From Eledone cirrhosa (Eukaryota), in contig CAXHJY010001681.1 of assembly GCA_964016885.1 (NCBI GenBank), positions 1 to 64,000 on the forward strand: a stretch of DNA of 64,000 nt, given 5' to 3'. The translations under genes and the position numbers were made by a program. Below are positions 1 through 17,027 of the stretch, piece by piece; positions within the stretch are counted from its first letter, which is position 1; each line of letters starts with the position of its first letter. Under the pieces are notes generated by a model. That model saw only the letters and a program-made list of their open reading frames with translations, had not been told where the DNA came from and did no database searches.

Positions 1-4496
<4,496 letters not shown>

Positions 4497-5102
4497 GGTG
4501 GCTGCCAACTCGTTTTCGAGTACGGCCACTACTTTATATCCATGTAGGAGAACCCCTACCGATGCGCTGAACGAATGTGACTTTTTAGTCCAGCCAGCGA
4601 CTTGAAAACTCTGGTACAAAGACTACACTTGTGACCATTATTGACACATAGTGCAGGGCACATGGTACCATGTGATGACAAGTGCTGAGAGATCTCCAGA
4701 TATAAAGCAATGCCTGTGCTGTGAAGCTTTTATAGTGAGCAAAGGCACTGCACAAAGCCAGTCCCACTCTCTTAACCAAGATGATATTTACCAAAAAGAA
4801 GAACAAGTCAACATCATTGGATACCATCAGGGTTGCAGGTGTTATATCAGAGTTTTCCTTCTCCTAGAATTCTGCCTTGACAAAGGCTAAGGGGTCATCT
4901 CTCCCGGTGATTTTGGATGGCTATTGACTCTTAAGAGCTCCCTTGCCCTTTGACAGGTTTTGTTTTTAGTCCTGCAGGATGTCCAAAGTCACCCTCCTCA
5001 CCAAGAAACCTTGGTGGTGTTGCCAGTTTAGTCGCCAACGACCCGACCATGAGACAGGTTGTACTGGGATACATGTTACCAGTAGCACCAACTGGTGACC
5101 TG
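4497..5102 (-). mobile_element. Probable 5'-UTR fragment of a second RTE (BovB-like) LINE family embedded in (TA)n
   Basis: Higher-GC island flanked by (TA)n; minus strand has CTAGGAGAAGGAAAACTCTGA, a motif I recognise from invertebrate RTE 5' ends; no database check. Confidence 0.5.
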
Positions 5103-5978
<876 letters not shown>

Positions 5979-6280
5979 CATCATCATCATCATCATCACC
6001 GTTTTACGTCCGTTCTTCCACGCTAGCATGGGTTAGACGGGTTGTCCTGTTGTGGGCAGTGTCTGGTCGGCTGACCATGCCTTGCTCATACAGGAACTGA
6101 TCTGGCTTGATTTCTACAGCTGGATGCCCTTCCTAACACCAACCTCATTTACAGTGAGTGCTGGGTGCTTTTTCGTGGCGCCTACACGTCCACTTTACAG
6201 TGTGGGCTGGATGCTTTTTTGCCGTGGCACCTCCACGACCACCTTGCGGTGGGGGGGGGGGGGCATATTGTTTATATGCT

Positions 6281-9200
6281 TCAGCATGTACCCATGGGAG
6301 GTCGGGTACCCTGTATTACTGCGTGACGCCAGAAGTCACGGTCGTGTGTCATTGACTTTGAGAGGTGTAGTTGGGTAAGGTCGGCTTTTATCACCTCATC
6401 CCAAGTCATCTTGGGTCTCCCCACTCCGCGGTTTCCGTCAACTTCTAGTGCTCTGCACCTTTTTATGCAGCTGTCATCCTTCATACACATCACATGTCCA
6501 TACCAGCGTAACCGCCTCTCCTGCACGCAGCATTTGATTCCTCTTATGCTCAGTCTCTCTCTCAATTCATTTATGCTTTGTCGTTCACGTATATTACTGT
6601 TACACATCCATCGGAGCATGCAGGCTTCGTTTCTCTCTAATCTACGTAAGTCTTCCACCTTCAGCGCCCAGGTCTCACTACCATGCAACATCGCTGTTCG
6701 GATACACGCATCATACAGTCTGCCTTTCATTCTGAGGGAGAAGCCTTTTGCAGCTAGCAGTGGTAGTAGTTCCCTAAACTTCTTCCATCCCGTTCTTACC
6801 CTAGTTATTGTACTTTCTGAGCACCCACCTCCGTTGCTAATTCGGTCACCTAGGTAGCAGAAGCTGTCTACTGTTTCTACAGGGCCCACCCAGAGATTGG
6901 TGGTACTTGTTTCCTGTGGCTGTTTGCTTGCTGTTTCAGCACAGCTGCTGCATGTGAATCCTACATTCTTAATTAAGCTTCCTGAGATCCCGCTACATCT
7001 CTTGTGTACCCATTGTTTGCATTTGGGGCAAAGAATGGAGTTCCTACCTACACCTTTCCTACATACTGAGCAAGGCCATTTCCCTGAGGGGATCTGGGTT
7101 CTGTTTTCTCGTCTACTTATAAGGACCTTAGTCTTTGTCATGTTGACTTTGAGGCCCTTTCTCTCTAGTCCCTGCTTCCAGGTTTGGAATTTATTCTCTA
7201 GTTCTACCATAGATTCAGCTATGAGTGCGAGGTCATCAGCATACAGGAGTTCCCATGGGCATCCGGTCTTAAACTCCTCCGTTATTGCCTGCAGGACTAT
7301 GATGAACAGGAGAGGGCTAAGAACAGAGCCCTGGTGGACCCCAACCTGTACGCTAAATTCCTCGCTATACTCATTGCCAATCCTAACTTTGCTGACTGCT
7401 CCCCTATACATGGCTTGTACCGCTTTCACAAGCCATTCATCTACTCCTAGTTTTCCAAGAGCCCACCAGATTACTGCACGTGGAACTCTGTCAAAGGCTT
7501 TCTCAAGGTCGACAAATGCCAAGTAGAGTGGCTTACTTTTAGCTAGGTACTTTTCCTGTAATTGCCTCACAAGGAAGAGCGCATCAGTGGTGCCTTTCCC
7601 TGGTACAAACCCAAATTGCATCTCGTCTATATTCACCCGGTCCCTAATCAGCTGTGCTATAACTCTTTCTGTTACTTTCATGACCTGGTCCATCAACTTT
7701 ATACCTCTATAGTTTCCTCTATCTAGTGCATCGCCTTTACCTTTGTAGCAGTTGACAATGATGCTACTGCACCAATCTTTTGGTATGGCCCCCTCTAGTA
7801 TTACCTGGTTAACGATACGTGTGGTTATAGTGTGACCTACAGACCCAGATGCCTTCAGCATCTCGGCAGCTATACCCGATGGACCGGTTGCCTTCCCTAT
7901 CTTCATATCTCTGATTGCCTTACTTACTACGCTGCCGCTGACTTGTACTGCTGGTCCCTCTATAGGGTCTACGTGGGGTAGGGTCTCTTCTTCCCATGCA
8001 TTCTCCTCATTTAGTAATCTATCATAATGACTCTTCCATGCATCTTTCTTCTCAGCACTTGTGAGGGCAAGCTCACCTTTATCATTCCGGATACACTTCT
8101 CTCCAATGACATCACAACTATCTCTGACACACTGCCTCGCAATCTTGAATACCTCCTGTTTCTGGTCCTCACGTTGTAAAACATGCTTGAATTTTCTATC
8201 CTCTGCTTCCCTCCTAGCTAAGTATACTTGTCGCCTAGCTTCCCTCTTGGTCTCTATGTAATGTACCCTGCTCCCCCCGTTCTTCCATTCTTTCCATGCC
8301 TGTCTCTTGGCCTTGACTGCTTCATCTACCTTATTGTTCCACCACCAAGTCACTCTCCTCCTGCTTGAGGTCTTACTCCAGCCACAAACCTCATCCGTCG
8401 CCTCTAGTAAGTTATTTTTTAGGAACTCCCAGTTCTCTTCTACGTTAAATGTCTCTATCTGTTCTTCTTTACTGTCGTAGGCGTTGAGTAAAATATCTTT
8501 AAATCTGTTACTGGTTGAGGGGACTTTCAGCTTCCAGATCTTTCTTCTCCAGGTTGGCCTCTGTTTCAGGGCTCGTCTAGTTCTGACCGTGAGGTCGCTG
8601 ACAACTAAGCTATGTTGGGATGTACATTCCTCACTAGGGAAGGCTTTTGTGTTTACGACCGTCCATCTGTCACGTCCTCTGATGAGGATAAAATCTAACT
8701 GACTAGAGTGCTCCCCTGATCTATAGGTGATCAGGTGGTTGTCGGGTTTTTTAAAGTTTGTGTTACATATCGACATGTCATTGGCGTCGCAGAATTCTAG
8801 AAGTCTGAATCCTTCCTCATTCCTTGTGCCAACTCCATGGCCTCCATGTACTCTATTGAAGCCGTCGCAGTGTTTACCTACGTGTCCGTTAAAATCTCCT
8901 GCAATGATTAGGAAGTCCTTGTCGTCTGTTAGAGCAGTAGTGTGTATTAGGGACTCGTAAAACCTATCCTTAAGTTCGTCTGGCAGCCCCGATTGGGGTG
9001 CGTAAGCTGATATTATTGTGGTAATTGTCTTATTCAGGACTAGTCTGAGTTTAATGATTCTTGCATTTACCCTGTACACTGAGATTACTTTATCTACCCA
9101 CTTGTCAGCTAATAGTATACCTACACCACCCATCCCATCGTCATTTCCCACCCAGAAAAACTTGTAGCACTGGCTTTTTCCTACAAGGACTCTAGCAGAC

Positions 9201-9400
9201 CCTCCTCTCCATCTAGTCTCTTGCACACAGCATACATCAACTTCCTTTCGCTCTAGCATTTCTACGATTTCTCCTGCTCTTCCTTTCATTGAGCCTACAT
9301 TGATGGTACCAACTCGGAGTTTTGGGCATTTGTCGACACTCGTAGGGGAGGGTCTCTGGGTTGGCGCTTCACGTGGGTGCTTGGTAGCTCGCAGATTCAT
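6281..9400 (-). CDS. RTE LINE ORF, 1039 aa: AP endonuclease + reverse transcriptase + PHD-like Cys/His finger
   Basis: APE motifs TINVGSM, VQETRW, SAYAPQ, GDFNGH, LDFIL, SQH; RT motifs QFGF, FVDLEKAFD, GVHQGSVLSP, LYADD, YLG; C-terminal RRLRWYGHV and GRP; no stops. Confidence 0.97.
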   Translation of the reverse strand: MNLRATKHPREAPTQRPSPTSVDKCPKLRVGTINVGSMKGRAGEIVEMLERKEVDVCCVQETRWRGGSARVLVGKSQCYKFFWVGNDDGMGGVGILLADKWVDKVISVYRVNARIIKLRLVLNKTITTIISAYAPQSGLPDELKDRFYESLIHTTALTDDKDFLIIAGDFNGHVGKHCDGFNRVHGGHGVGTRNEEGFRLLEFCDANDMSICNTNFKKPDNHLITYRSGEHSSQLDFILIRGRDRWTVVNTKAFPSEECTSQHSLVVSDLTVRTRRALKQRPTWRRKIWKLKVPSTSNRFKDILLNAYDSKEEQIETFNVEENWEFLKNNLLEATDEVCGWSKTSSRRRVTWWWNNKVDEAVKAKRQAWKEWKNGGSRVHYIETKREARRQVYLARREAEDRKFKHVLQREDQKQEVFKIARQCVRDSCDVIGEKCIRNDKGELALTSAEKKDAWKSHYDRLLNEENAWEEETLPHVDPIEGPAVQVSGSVVSKAIRDMKIGKATGPSGIAAEMLKASGSVGHTITTRIVNQVILEGAIPKDWCSSIIVNCYKGKGDALDRGNYRGIKLMDQVMKVTERVIAQLIRDRVNIDEMQFGFVPGKGTTDALFLVRQLQEKYLAKSKPLYLAFVDLEKAFDRVPRAVIWWALGKLGVDEWLVKAVQAMYRGAVSKVRIGNEYSEEFSVQVGVHQGSVLSPLLFIIVLQAITEEFKTGCPWELLYADDLALIAESMVELENKFQTWKQGLERKGLKVNMTKTKVLISRRENRTQIPSGKWPCSVCRKGVGRNSILCPKCKQWVHKRCSGISGSLIKNVGFTCSSCAETASKQPQETSTTNLWVGPVETVDSFCYLGDRISNGGGCSESTITRVRTGWKKFRELLPLLAAKGFSLRMKGRLYDACIRTAMLHGSETWALKVEDLRRLERNEACMLRWMCNSNIRERQSINELRERLSIRGIKCCVQERRLRWYGHVMCMKDDSCIKRCRALEVDGNRGVGRPKMTWDEVIKADLTQLHLSKSMTHDRDFWRHAVIQGTRPPMGTC

Positions 9401-9679
9401 ATTTCATCTATTGATTCAGAGTTGCTCGTGTATTCCCAGCTCATCCATCCATAACGGTGGGAAAATTGAGGGCTAGAAGGACAGTGGTGGTGGGGTAATG
9501 GCAGGGTGTGTTGGGATGCGCCAGAGGAGGAGAGAGTTAGTTAGGCAGGTAGTAGCAGCAGCAGCAGTGGAAATGGCATGCTAGGTTTGATTGGTCGAAT
9601 AGACTATGGTGGTGTGTGGGGGTGGGGGGGAGGGAAATTGTGAGGTAGGAACTGAGGGTCGCATGGTAAATATCCAAGT

Positions 9680-11318
9680 TAATACTACATCAGTAAAATT
9701 AACAATAATAACGTCATGAAAAAAGCTACTAAGAGAAACCCTCGAAAATTTATCGCTAATACAGCAGGGAAAATTTAACGCTAATACAGCAGGGAACATC
9801 ATAATATTAACGACAATATGTAGGCTAAAATACCTTCGTAGATTAGATGGATGGCTGGCTGGGAAAATTTGAATCAGCTCTAGTGGTACATTTTAGCAGA
9901 GAAGAATGGGAAAGTGTCTTATCTCTTCAATATTTTCAGATTGAATGAATTAGGTTAAAGACAGGGTAGTAAGCCTTAAAGAAGTGCATAGAGAGGGGGG
10001 GGGGGGGGGTAGGAACTGAGGGTCGCATGGTAAATAACTGAGAGAGATACAATAGGATTAGAATACCGCATGGTAAATATCCAAGTTAATAAGTTAATAC
10101 TACATCAGTAAAATTAACAATAATAACGTCATGAAAAAAGCTACTAAGAGAAACCCTCGAAAATTTATCGCTAATACAGCAGGGAAAATTTAACGTTAAT
10201 ACAGCAGGGAACATCATAATATTAACGACAATATGTAGGCTAAAATACCTTCGTAGATTAGATGGATGGCTGGCTGGGAAAATTTGAATCAGCTCTAGTG
10301 GTACATTTTAGCAGAGAAGAATGGGAAAGTGTCTTATCTCTTCAATATTTTCAGATTGAATGAATTAGGTTAAAGACAGGGTAGTAAGCCTTAATGAAGT
10401 GCATAGAGAGGGGGGGGGGTAGGAACTGAGGGTCGCATGGTAAATAACTGAGAGAGATACAATAGGATTAGAATACCGCATGGTAAATATCCAAGTTAAT
10501 AAGTTAATACTACATCAGTAAAATTAACAATAATAACGTCATGAAAAAAGCTACTAAGAGAAACCCTCGAAAATTTATCGCTAATACAGCAGGGAAAATT
10601 TAACGCTAATACAGCAGGGAACATCATAATATTAACGACAATATGTAGGCTAAAATACCTTCGTAGATTAGATGGATGGCTGGCTGGGAAAATTTGAATC
10701 AGCTCTAGTGGTACATTTTAGCAGAGAAGAATGGGAAAGTGTCTTATCTCTTCAATATTTTCAGATTGAATGAATTAGGTTAAAGACAGGGTAGTAAGCC
10801 TTAAAGAAGTGCATAGAGAGGGGGGGGGGGTAGGAACTGAGGGTCGCATGGTAAATAACTGAGAGAGATACAATAGGATTAGAATACCGCATAGTAAATA
10901 TCCAAGTTAATAAGTTAATACTACATCAGTAAAATTAACAATAATAACGTCATGAAAAAAGCTACTAAGAGAAACCTCGAAAATTTATCGCTAATACAGC
11001 AGGGAAAATTTAACGCTAATACAGCAGGGAACATCATAATATTAACGACAATATGTAGGCTAAAATACCTTCGTAGATTAGATGGATGGCTGGCTGGGAA
11101 AATTTGAATCAGCTCTAGTGGTACATTTTAGCAGAGAAGAATGGGAAAGTGTCTTATCTCTTCAATATTTTCAGATTGAATGAATTAGGTTAAAGACAGG
11201 GTAGTAAGCCTTAAAGAAGTGCATAGAGAGGGGGGGGGGGGTAGGAACTGAGGGTCGCATGGTAAATAACTGAGAGAGATACAATAGGATTAGAATACCG
11301 CATGGTAAATATCCAAGT
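9680..11318 (-). repeat. Four near-identical tandem monomers of 407-411 bp (9680-10086, 10087-10496, 10497-10907, 10908-11318)
   Basis: TCCAAGT recurs ending at 9679, 10086, 10496, 10907 and 11318; units differ mainly in G-run length. Confidence 0.97.
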
Positions 11319-11367
11319 ATATATGCATGAATATATATATATATATATATATAAATATATATATGCA

Positions 11368-11435
<68 letters not shown>

Positions 11436-11465
11436 TGAATATATATATATATATATATGCATGCA
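11319..11465. repeat. GCATGAAT-(TA)n microsatellite, right flank of the LINE
   Basis: Direct sequence. Confidence 0.95.
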
Positions 11466-14400
11466 TGCAAGAGTAAAACCTAGAAATTGAATGGCATTGT
11501 TTATGCCTTATAAGAAAGGACTGCACCCAATCCTCTCTAATCCTTCAAATACTAGAGACAAGCTCTGCTGGAGGAAAGTTAATAAACCTACAATATCAGT
11601 TTGAACAGTTATATTGTGTATGTATATAACTAAATATATATTGTATATATCTTTGTTTATGTTCTTTATCCCCAGAAAAATTGTGATCCAGTAGATCTAT
11701 GGTTAAAATTTGCCAGCCATGATCATTCCCCCATTTATTCAGTCGTAGTATATGTAAAATTACATTGTCTCCCTTCTTATTTTTAACATGGTAGGATGAG
11801 ATTTGAAGGAGATTTGGTTAATATTTCTAGCAGGTCAAGTGACCCTGTATTGGCTCACCCGCAGGCGTGATATATTGAATATATAATGAATATGGGTTTA
11901 GTGTATGCAATTACTATGCATATCATTCAAATTGTAATCAGGAAGTAAAATAATGATAGCCTTTTACTGGCTGAGAGGGTAAGTACAGTTTGGTAATGTT
12001 AATTATTAGTTTTCTGTTTCCTAACATTTTGTGAGCATATTTCTAATGAAATACACTATTTTCAATAAATTAATGAAAAATTTGGAGGGATTTACTAGAG
12101 TAATTAATTATTTCAATATTATAATGTTAATTGTAACATATCTTAAAAGGTTCATGTTTCAAATTACGAAGGAAGATTGTTATTTAAATGGGTAGTTTTG
12201 TTTTATAGAAACAGAGGTAGTTTTAGGCAATTTGGTATGAAAAATGTTAAGATTTATAAGCTGACAATAAATAAATAAATAAATAAATAATAAAAACAGA
12301 TAGTGAGTTCCAAAAAGTTGAAGCTCGGTGCAGGGACTCAAAATAAATTCGTAGGTTTAAAAAGTAGGTGAGACAAGTAGCTTCAAATGAAAGGGATACA
12401 GAGCAATCTATATATTCAGATGAAGAAAATGCAATGTAGTATCGATATAAAAACACAGAGAAAGGATAGATTCACAGCCCAATGATTTATCGGAATTTTA
12501 AATTTGAAAATTCATATGGAAAATTAGGGATATTAGATTTTTGCTCTTATTAAGATATGACCTATATCATGAGTCTCATTATAAGCCCTAATTGCTAACA
12601 TGTCTTAATTGAGATTTATGTGTATGTATGTCCAGAAGAGGGGAAAAGAGAGTCTTGTCAGTGAAGTGTGACTTCATAAACATTTCATAGTTTAATTTAT
12701 TTCTCTTCTGTGCACTAAATTCAGCTGAGCATATTGGCAGTGAGGTGGGTAGTGAGGTATTAAAAGCTAAATTCAAACAATCCATCATCATTATTGCCAG
12801 AACCAGCAACAACAACAACAATTTCTAGCAGGCAAAAAAGGAAACCATTATGTGGTGATTGAAGCTGTTAGAAATAAGAGCCAAATCGCCCTACAAAAAA
12901 CATCCTACTGACTAAATGTATTTCTAAAAAGATGAGGATGCTTTGAATCATATAGATTGGCTCAATCAGGATTGACCTGGAGCTAAACTACAACAACAAC
13001 AATTAAGGATGTTTTTGTATAGGTGCAAAACATTACATTTATAAATAGCCGTAAGGATGACTGTGACATTTATGTTGTTTCTTACAAGGGAAATAAAACA
13101 GCTACAATTGAGAGCTAAAATTGGGTTGCATATTTTGTTAGTTGAAAACATCCATAAAAAACATAACACCAATAATATTTTTTTGGACTAACATGGACAC
13201 AATGTCATACATTTTGGAGCAGCAGTGTAGTTGAGGGATTAGTACAATGTATATAATAATGAGAATGACCCTGGAAGGGTAAATTAGCAGAATGCCAATC
13301 AGCAGTAAATAACTCAGTAACCCGTTATACACTGATGAACCACCCTGTTTACAATCAGCCACAAAAAATGCAAGATTGTTGCTCCACAAGATATGGGAAG
13401 TGGCAGTGAAATGGCAAGTCTATACCCAAACACTAAGACCAATATAATGGTTGTGGGATTCCATAAGTGCCCAGCGATTTCGTCAATTATCAGGTGATTG
13501 AACTGGTAGGAATATTAAAATACCTGAGTGTCTGCATTTACACTAACTGCCACAAAGGCAATGAAATTATTTTTCTTTAATAGATAATTAGCTTATTTCA
13601 TATTGTCAATTGTATATTTTTCCTTCATTTAATTTTTGTTGCTTCCAAGGGTAGATTAATTTGAATCTTTGACAATCATCCCGTTAAATAAATGCCATAG
13701 CAACCTCAATCCAGTTTTAACTAGCTATTGTACCCAGTGTTTTAGTCTAATATATTCACTAATTGTACATGCTGTATTGATAAGACTATGAACACATATG
13801 TATACATATCTCTCTATATATAACCATATCTAAAAATGGCAGGCATAATATTTAGACATCCAAGCATAGTCAGTAACTAGGAGAGAGATAGGCTGATTGG
13901 CTTTTTTTCATCATATACCAAAGGAGAAAGTAATTAAAAAATTATATACATCTATCAAAAATGTATTTCTATCAATTAGGCTTGGTCTATAACTATAAAT
14001 GTCCTCTCTACTGATGTATAGGATTTAGCAGGCTACCATTCTGGGATTGTTATTATTAGCGAGGTTTTCTTATTCTTTTCTTCCTTTTTTTTTCTAGTGG
14101 CAAAATATATTCTAGTGAAAGCAACATCTACACAGGGAGAGGGAAAGAGAAAGATAGAGAGAGAGAGTTGTAAGTTATTAAGTTGCCAGGTGTTATATAT
14201 TGTCCAGTATGCAACAAATCATGCACTGCACAACAATTCATATATTGCTTTTCAGCAACTGGAACATTTAAAGTAGAAACCATGCATTGGAACAATAAAA
14301 GTCCAGATCTAAACAACATTTAAGTTTGATAACAGCTTTTAGTAATAGTTAAAGTGGGTATATTTAATAGCTTAGCCTATTTTCTAAGAGTACACAGGTG

Positions 14401-14670
14401 TACATCTTTATTCCAATTAGTGATGGTCCACAAGTTTCTATGTTTTTGAGGGAGAGACTAAACACATAAAAAAATGTCCTCAAATTTCATTAAGATACTG
14501 AACTGTTCTTTTTCAAAAAAGGTAACATTAAAACCTGTAAAGCTAAGTCAGAACTATTTCTATTATTGCTAATATAAGCTAGTGCTCTATCCACAGGAAT
14601 AGTGCTTCCCAGTTGTTTCTTTGTGTTTAAACTGAAATAAGCTCTAATACCTTTTTCTTTAATATTATTA

Positions 14671-14856
14671 TTGGCAGTATCGGTAGAGGGTCGGATGCCA
14701 TGCTTTGATGCATAGAGTTACGGCCCTTGCCATTCTGAGTTCAAATCCCGCCGAGGTTAACTTTACCTTTCATCCTTACGAGGTCGATAAAATAAAGTAC
14801 CAGTAATACACTGGGTAATTGCTGGCCTTGTGCCAAAAAGTAGAAACAATTATTAC
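14671..14856 (+). mobile_element. tRNA-derived SINE
   Basis: B-box-like GAGTTCAAATCCC; core CCTTTCATCCTTACGAGGTCGATAAAATAAAGTACCAG; near-identical to 16851-17032. Confidence 0.8.
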
Positions 14857-14865
14857 TGTCCCATA

Positions 14866-15420
14866 ACATTCTGAATTCAACTACTACTAAGTTGACCTTG
14901 CTTTTCATCATTCAAGCATCAGTAACATAGTTACTTATGTACTAAGGTCAATTTATTTGACACTTTCATCTACTCATATTTGTGGCCTTGAGTCAATGTT
15001 AAAATTGCTGAAGAACTTGGTAGAATTATTATAAAATGCCTTGTGGTAATATTCCTGGCTCTTTACAGGCTGAATTCAAATTCCACTGAGGTCAACATTG
15101 CCTTTCATCCTTCCAAGGCCAATAGAATAAAGTACTAGTTAAGTATCGAGGCCTATCTAATCAACTAACCCCTCTTCCAAAATTTCTAGCCTTCAGTCAA
15201 TATCAGAAACAATTATTATGTGAAAGAAAATTATGAAGACAGACAGTAGACAACCAGACTAAATGCAATAAAGCATTCAGTTCAGAGTTCAAATTTTGTA
15301 TTGTGCAATTATCCTTTTCCAACTTTTGATAAAATAAAAACCAGAAAATATATTGGAGTCATTCAATTAGTATTACCCCTTGCATCAAATCAAAAGAAAT
15401 CAATATCATTAGTATTATTA
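14866..15420 (+). mobile_element. Cluster of about three older degenerate copies of the same SINE family, head to tail
   Basis: Repeated GAATTCAA...CTTTCATC...GCCTT pattern at ~14873, ~15072 and ~15287. Confidence 0.6.
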
Positions 15421-16846
15421 TTCAATAATTATTATTCAAGGACAATAAATTGCAAGAAATAGTGGAGAAAATACATTGAAATTTTAATCCCTTACTGAAG
15501 GGGGCTTAAAATGAAGCCTTTTATGTTCATTAACAGTATAAGTGAAGGCATTTTAATTGGTAACCAAAATGTTGTTGCATATTTGGCTTACCAGGAGCTG
15601 GTTTCTTGTTTAAATATTTGCCACATTAGCCCATTTGTCTATGCTAGCATGGGTTGGATGGAATTTGTCACTCATCACAGTCCATGTTGTCTGGCACAAA
15701 CAGTAACATAGAGAATCAGCCAATTAGGTTTTACTGAAAGTTATTACCTAGCTCAATGGGTGACCCGCAATAAGGTTTGTAGATTACATGTCTTGTTTGT
15801 ACATTCAACATTTGGCATGGTTTCTATGGCTGCATATTCAACCTATAATCAACCACTTTACAGAGTGTACTGGGTACATTCTGTTGTGCCAACAGTACTA
15901 GAGAGTTTTTAATATGCTAAAGACTATCCTCTACCCTTGAAAAACAGCAACAATTTTTAGGGGGAGGGTGCTGTTGATTTAATCAACCTCAATTGTTGAT
16001 GGGCACATAATCCATTGATCATATAGTTCAGAAAAGACAACATATATATTTTAAGACTAAGCCTAGTTGATAGAAATACATTTTTTACAGGCGCATATAC
16101 TTTCTTTTAATTTCTTTCTCCCCCGATATAGCATGGTTTTGAACTCAGTATGTAAAGGATTTTTTTTTTTATATATAATACCACCGTGAATTAACAATTC
16201 TTATCATCGACCAAAAAATGACTGCAGTTTCTTGTTTTTTCATAAAAATGAAAATATCAAGAAAAAGGGAAATATCAAATATTTCCTGGTATTTTGAATA
16301 GAAAGTTTAGGCCTATGACTAACATAACCTTCAGTCTTCAGGGTGCAGGGTGGAAAAAACACTATCTTCCATGCTGAGAAATATGGTAATCAAGTGCAAA
16401 AACTATTAAATGGCATTTAGGGCTTGCAAACTTGAGATTAGAAGTAAATAATTTTAGAGTGCAGCAAAGAAGGTTGGGACAGGGATGAAAGTGATGTGAA
16501 ACAGCAATTCTCCTGGCAAAGAAAATTATTTCAGATTTTCTATTACAAATCTGCAAGCCTATATCACACCACAGTCATCAGGAAAGGTGGATAAAATAAG
16601 TAAATAATTAAGTATTAGGATAAAATATAACACAAAAAATTAAGCAATGCTTTCTATAAAGAGAAGAATTATGTAATGTCTTTGGTTGAGATATTCATTG
16701 TTCTTTAATAAAAAGGATTTATTAGGAATATTACCAAACTTTTGCTCACACTAGAAAAGGTACCCAGAAATTCTAGTGGTTTTGTTTTTGTATTTGATAG
16801 TTTATCATCATCACCATTTAACATCCATTATTTCATCATGCTAATT

Positions 16847-17027
16847 GGATTGGCAGTATCGGTAGAGGGTTGGATGCCATGCTTTGATGCATAGAGTTAT
16901 GGCCCTTGCCATTCTGAGTTCAAATCCCGCTGAGGTTAACTTTGCCTTTCATCCTTACGGGGTCGATAAAATAAAGTACCAGTAATGTACTGGGTAATTG
17001 CTGGCCTTGTGCCAAAAAGTAGAAACA
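16847..17027 (+). mobile_element. Young tRNA-derived SINE with 20-bp target-site duplication
   Basis: ATTATTTCATCATGCTAATT at 16827-16846 and 17028-17047. Confidence 0.88.

Larger units (their letters stand above)
5979..11318 (-). mobile_element. Full-length RTE-clade LINE including tandem 5' monomers, ORF, 3' UTR and (GAT)n tail
   Basis: (CAT)n tail at 5979-5998; intact ORF; the same GCATGAAT-(TA)n array flanks both sides (5821-5978 and 11319-11465). Confidence 0.9.

Noticed and set aside
6411-8960. + strand ORFs of 66-209 aa (also 36659-37819 and 61469-63582)
   Set aside because: Antisense shadows of the RTE ORF
9680-11318. Tandem array as a CRISPR or coding repeat
   Set aside because: No unique spacers, units far too long, eukaryotic context, no sustained ORF
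13150-13560. Possible very old LINE RT remnant; likewise 40140-41060
   Set aside because: Only isolated weak motifs, insufficient to call
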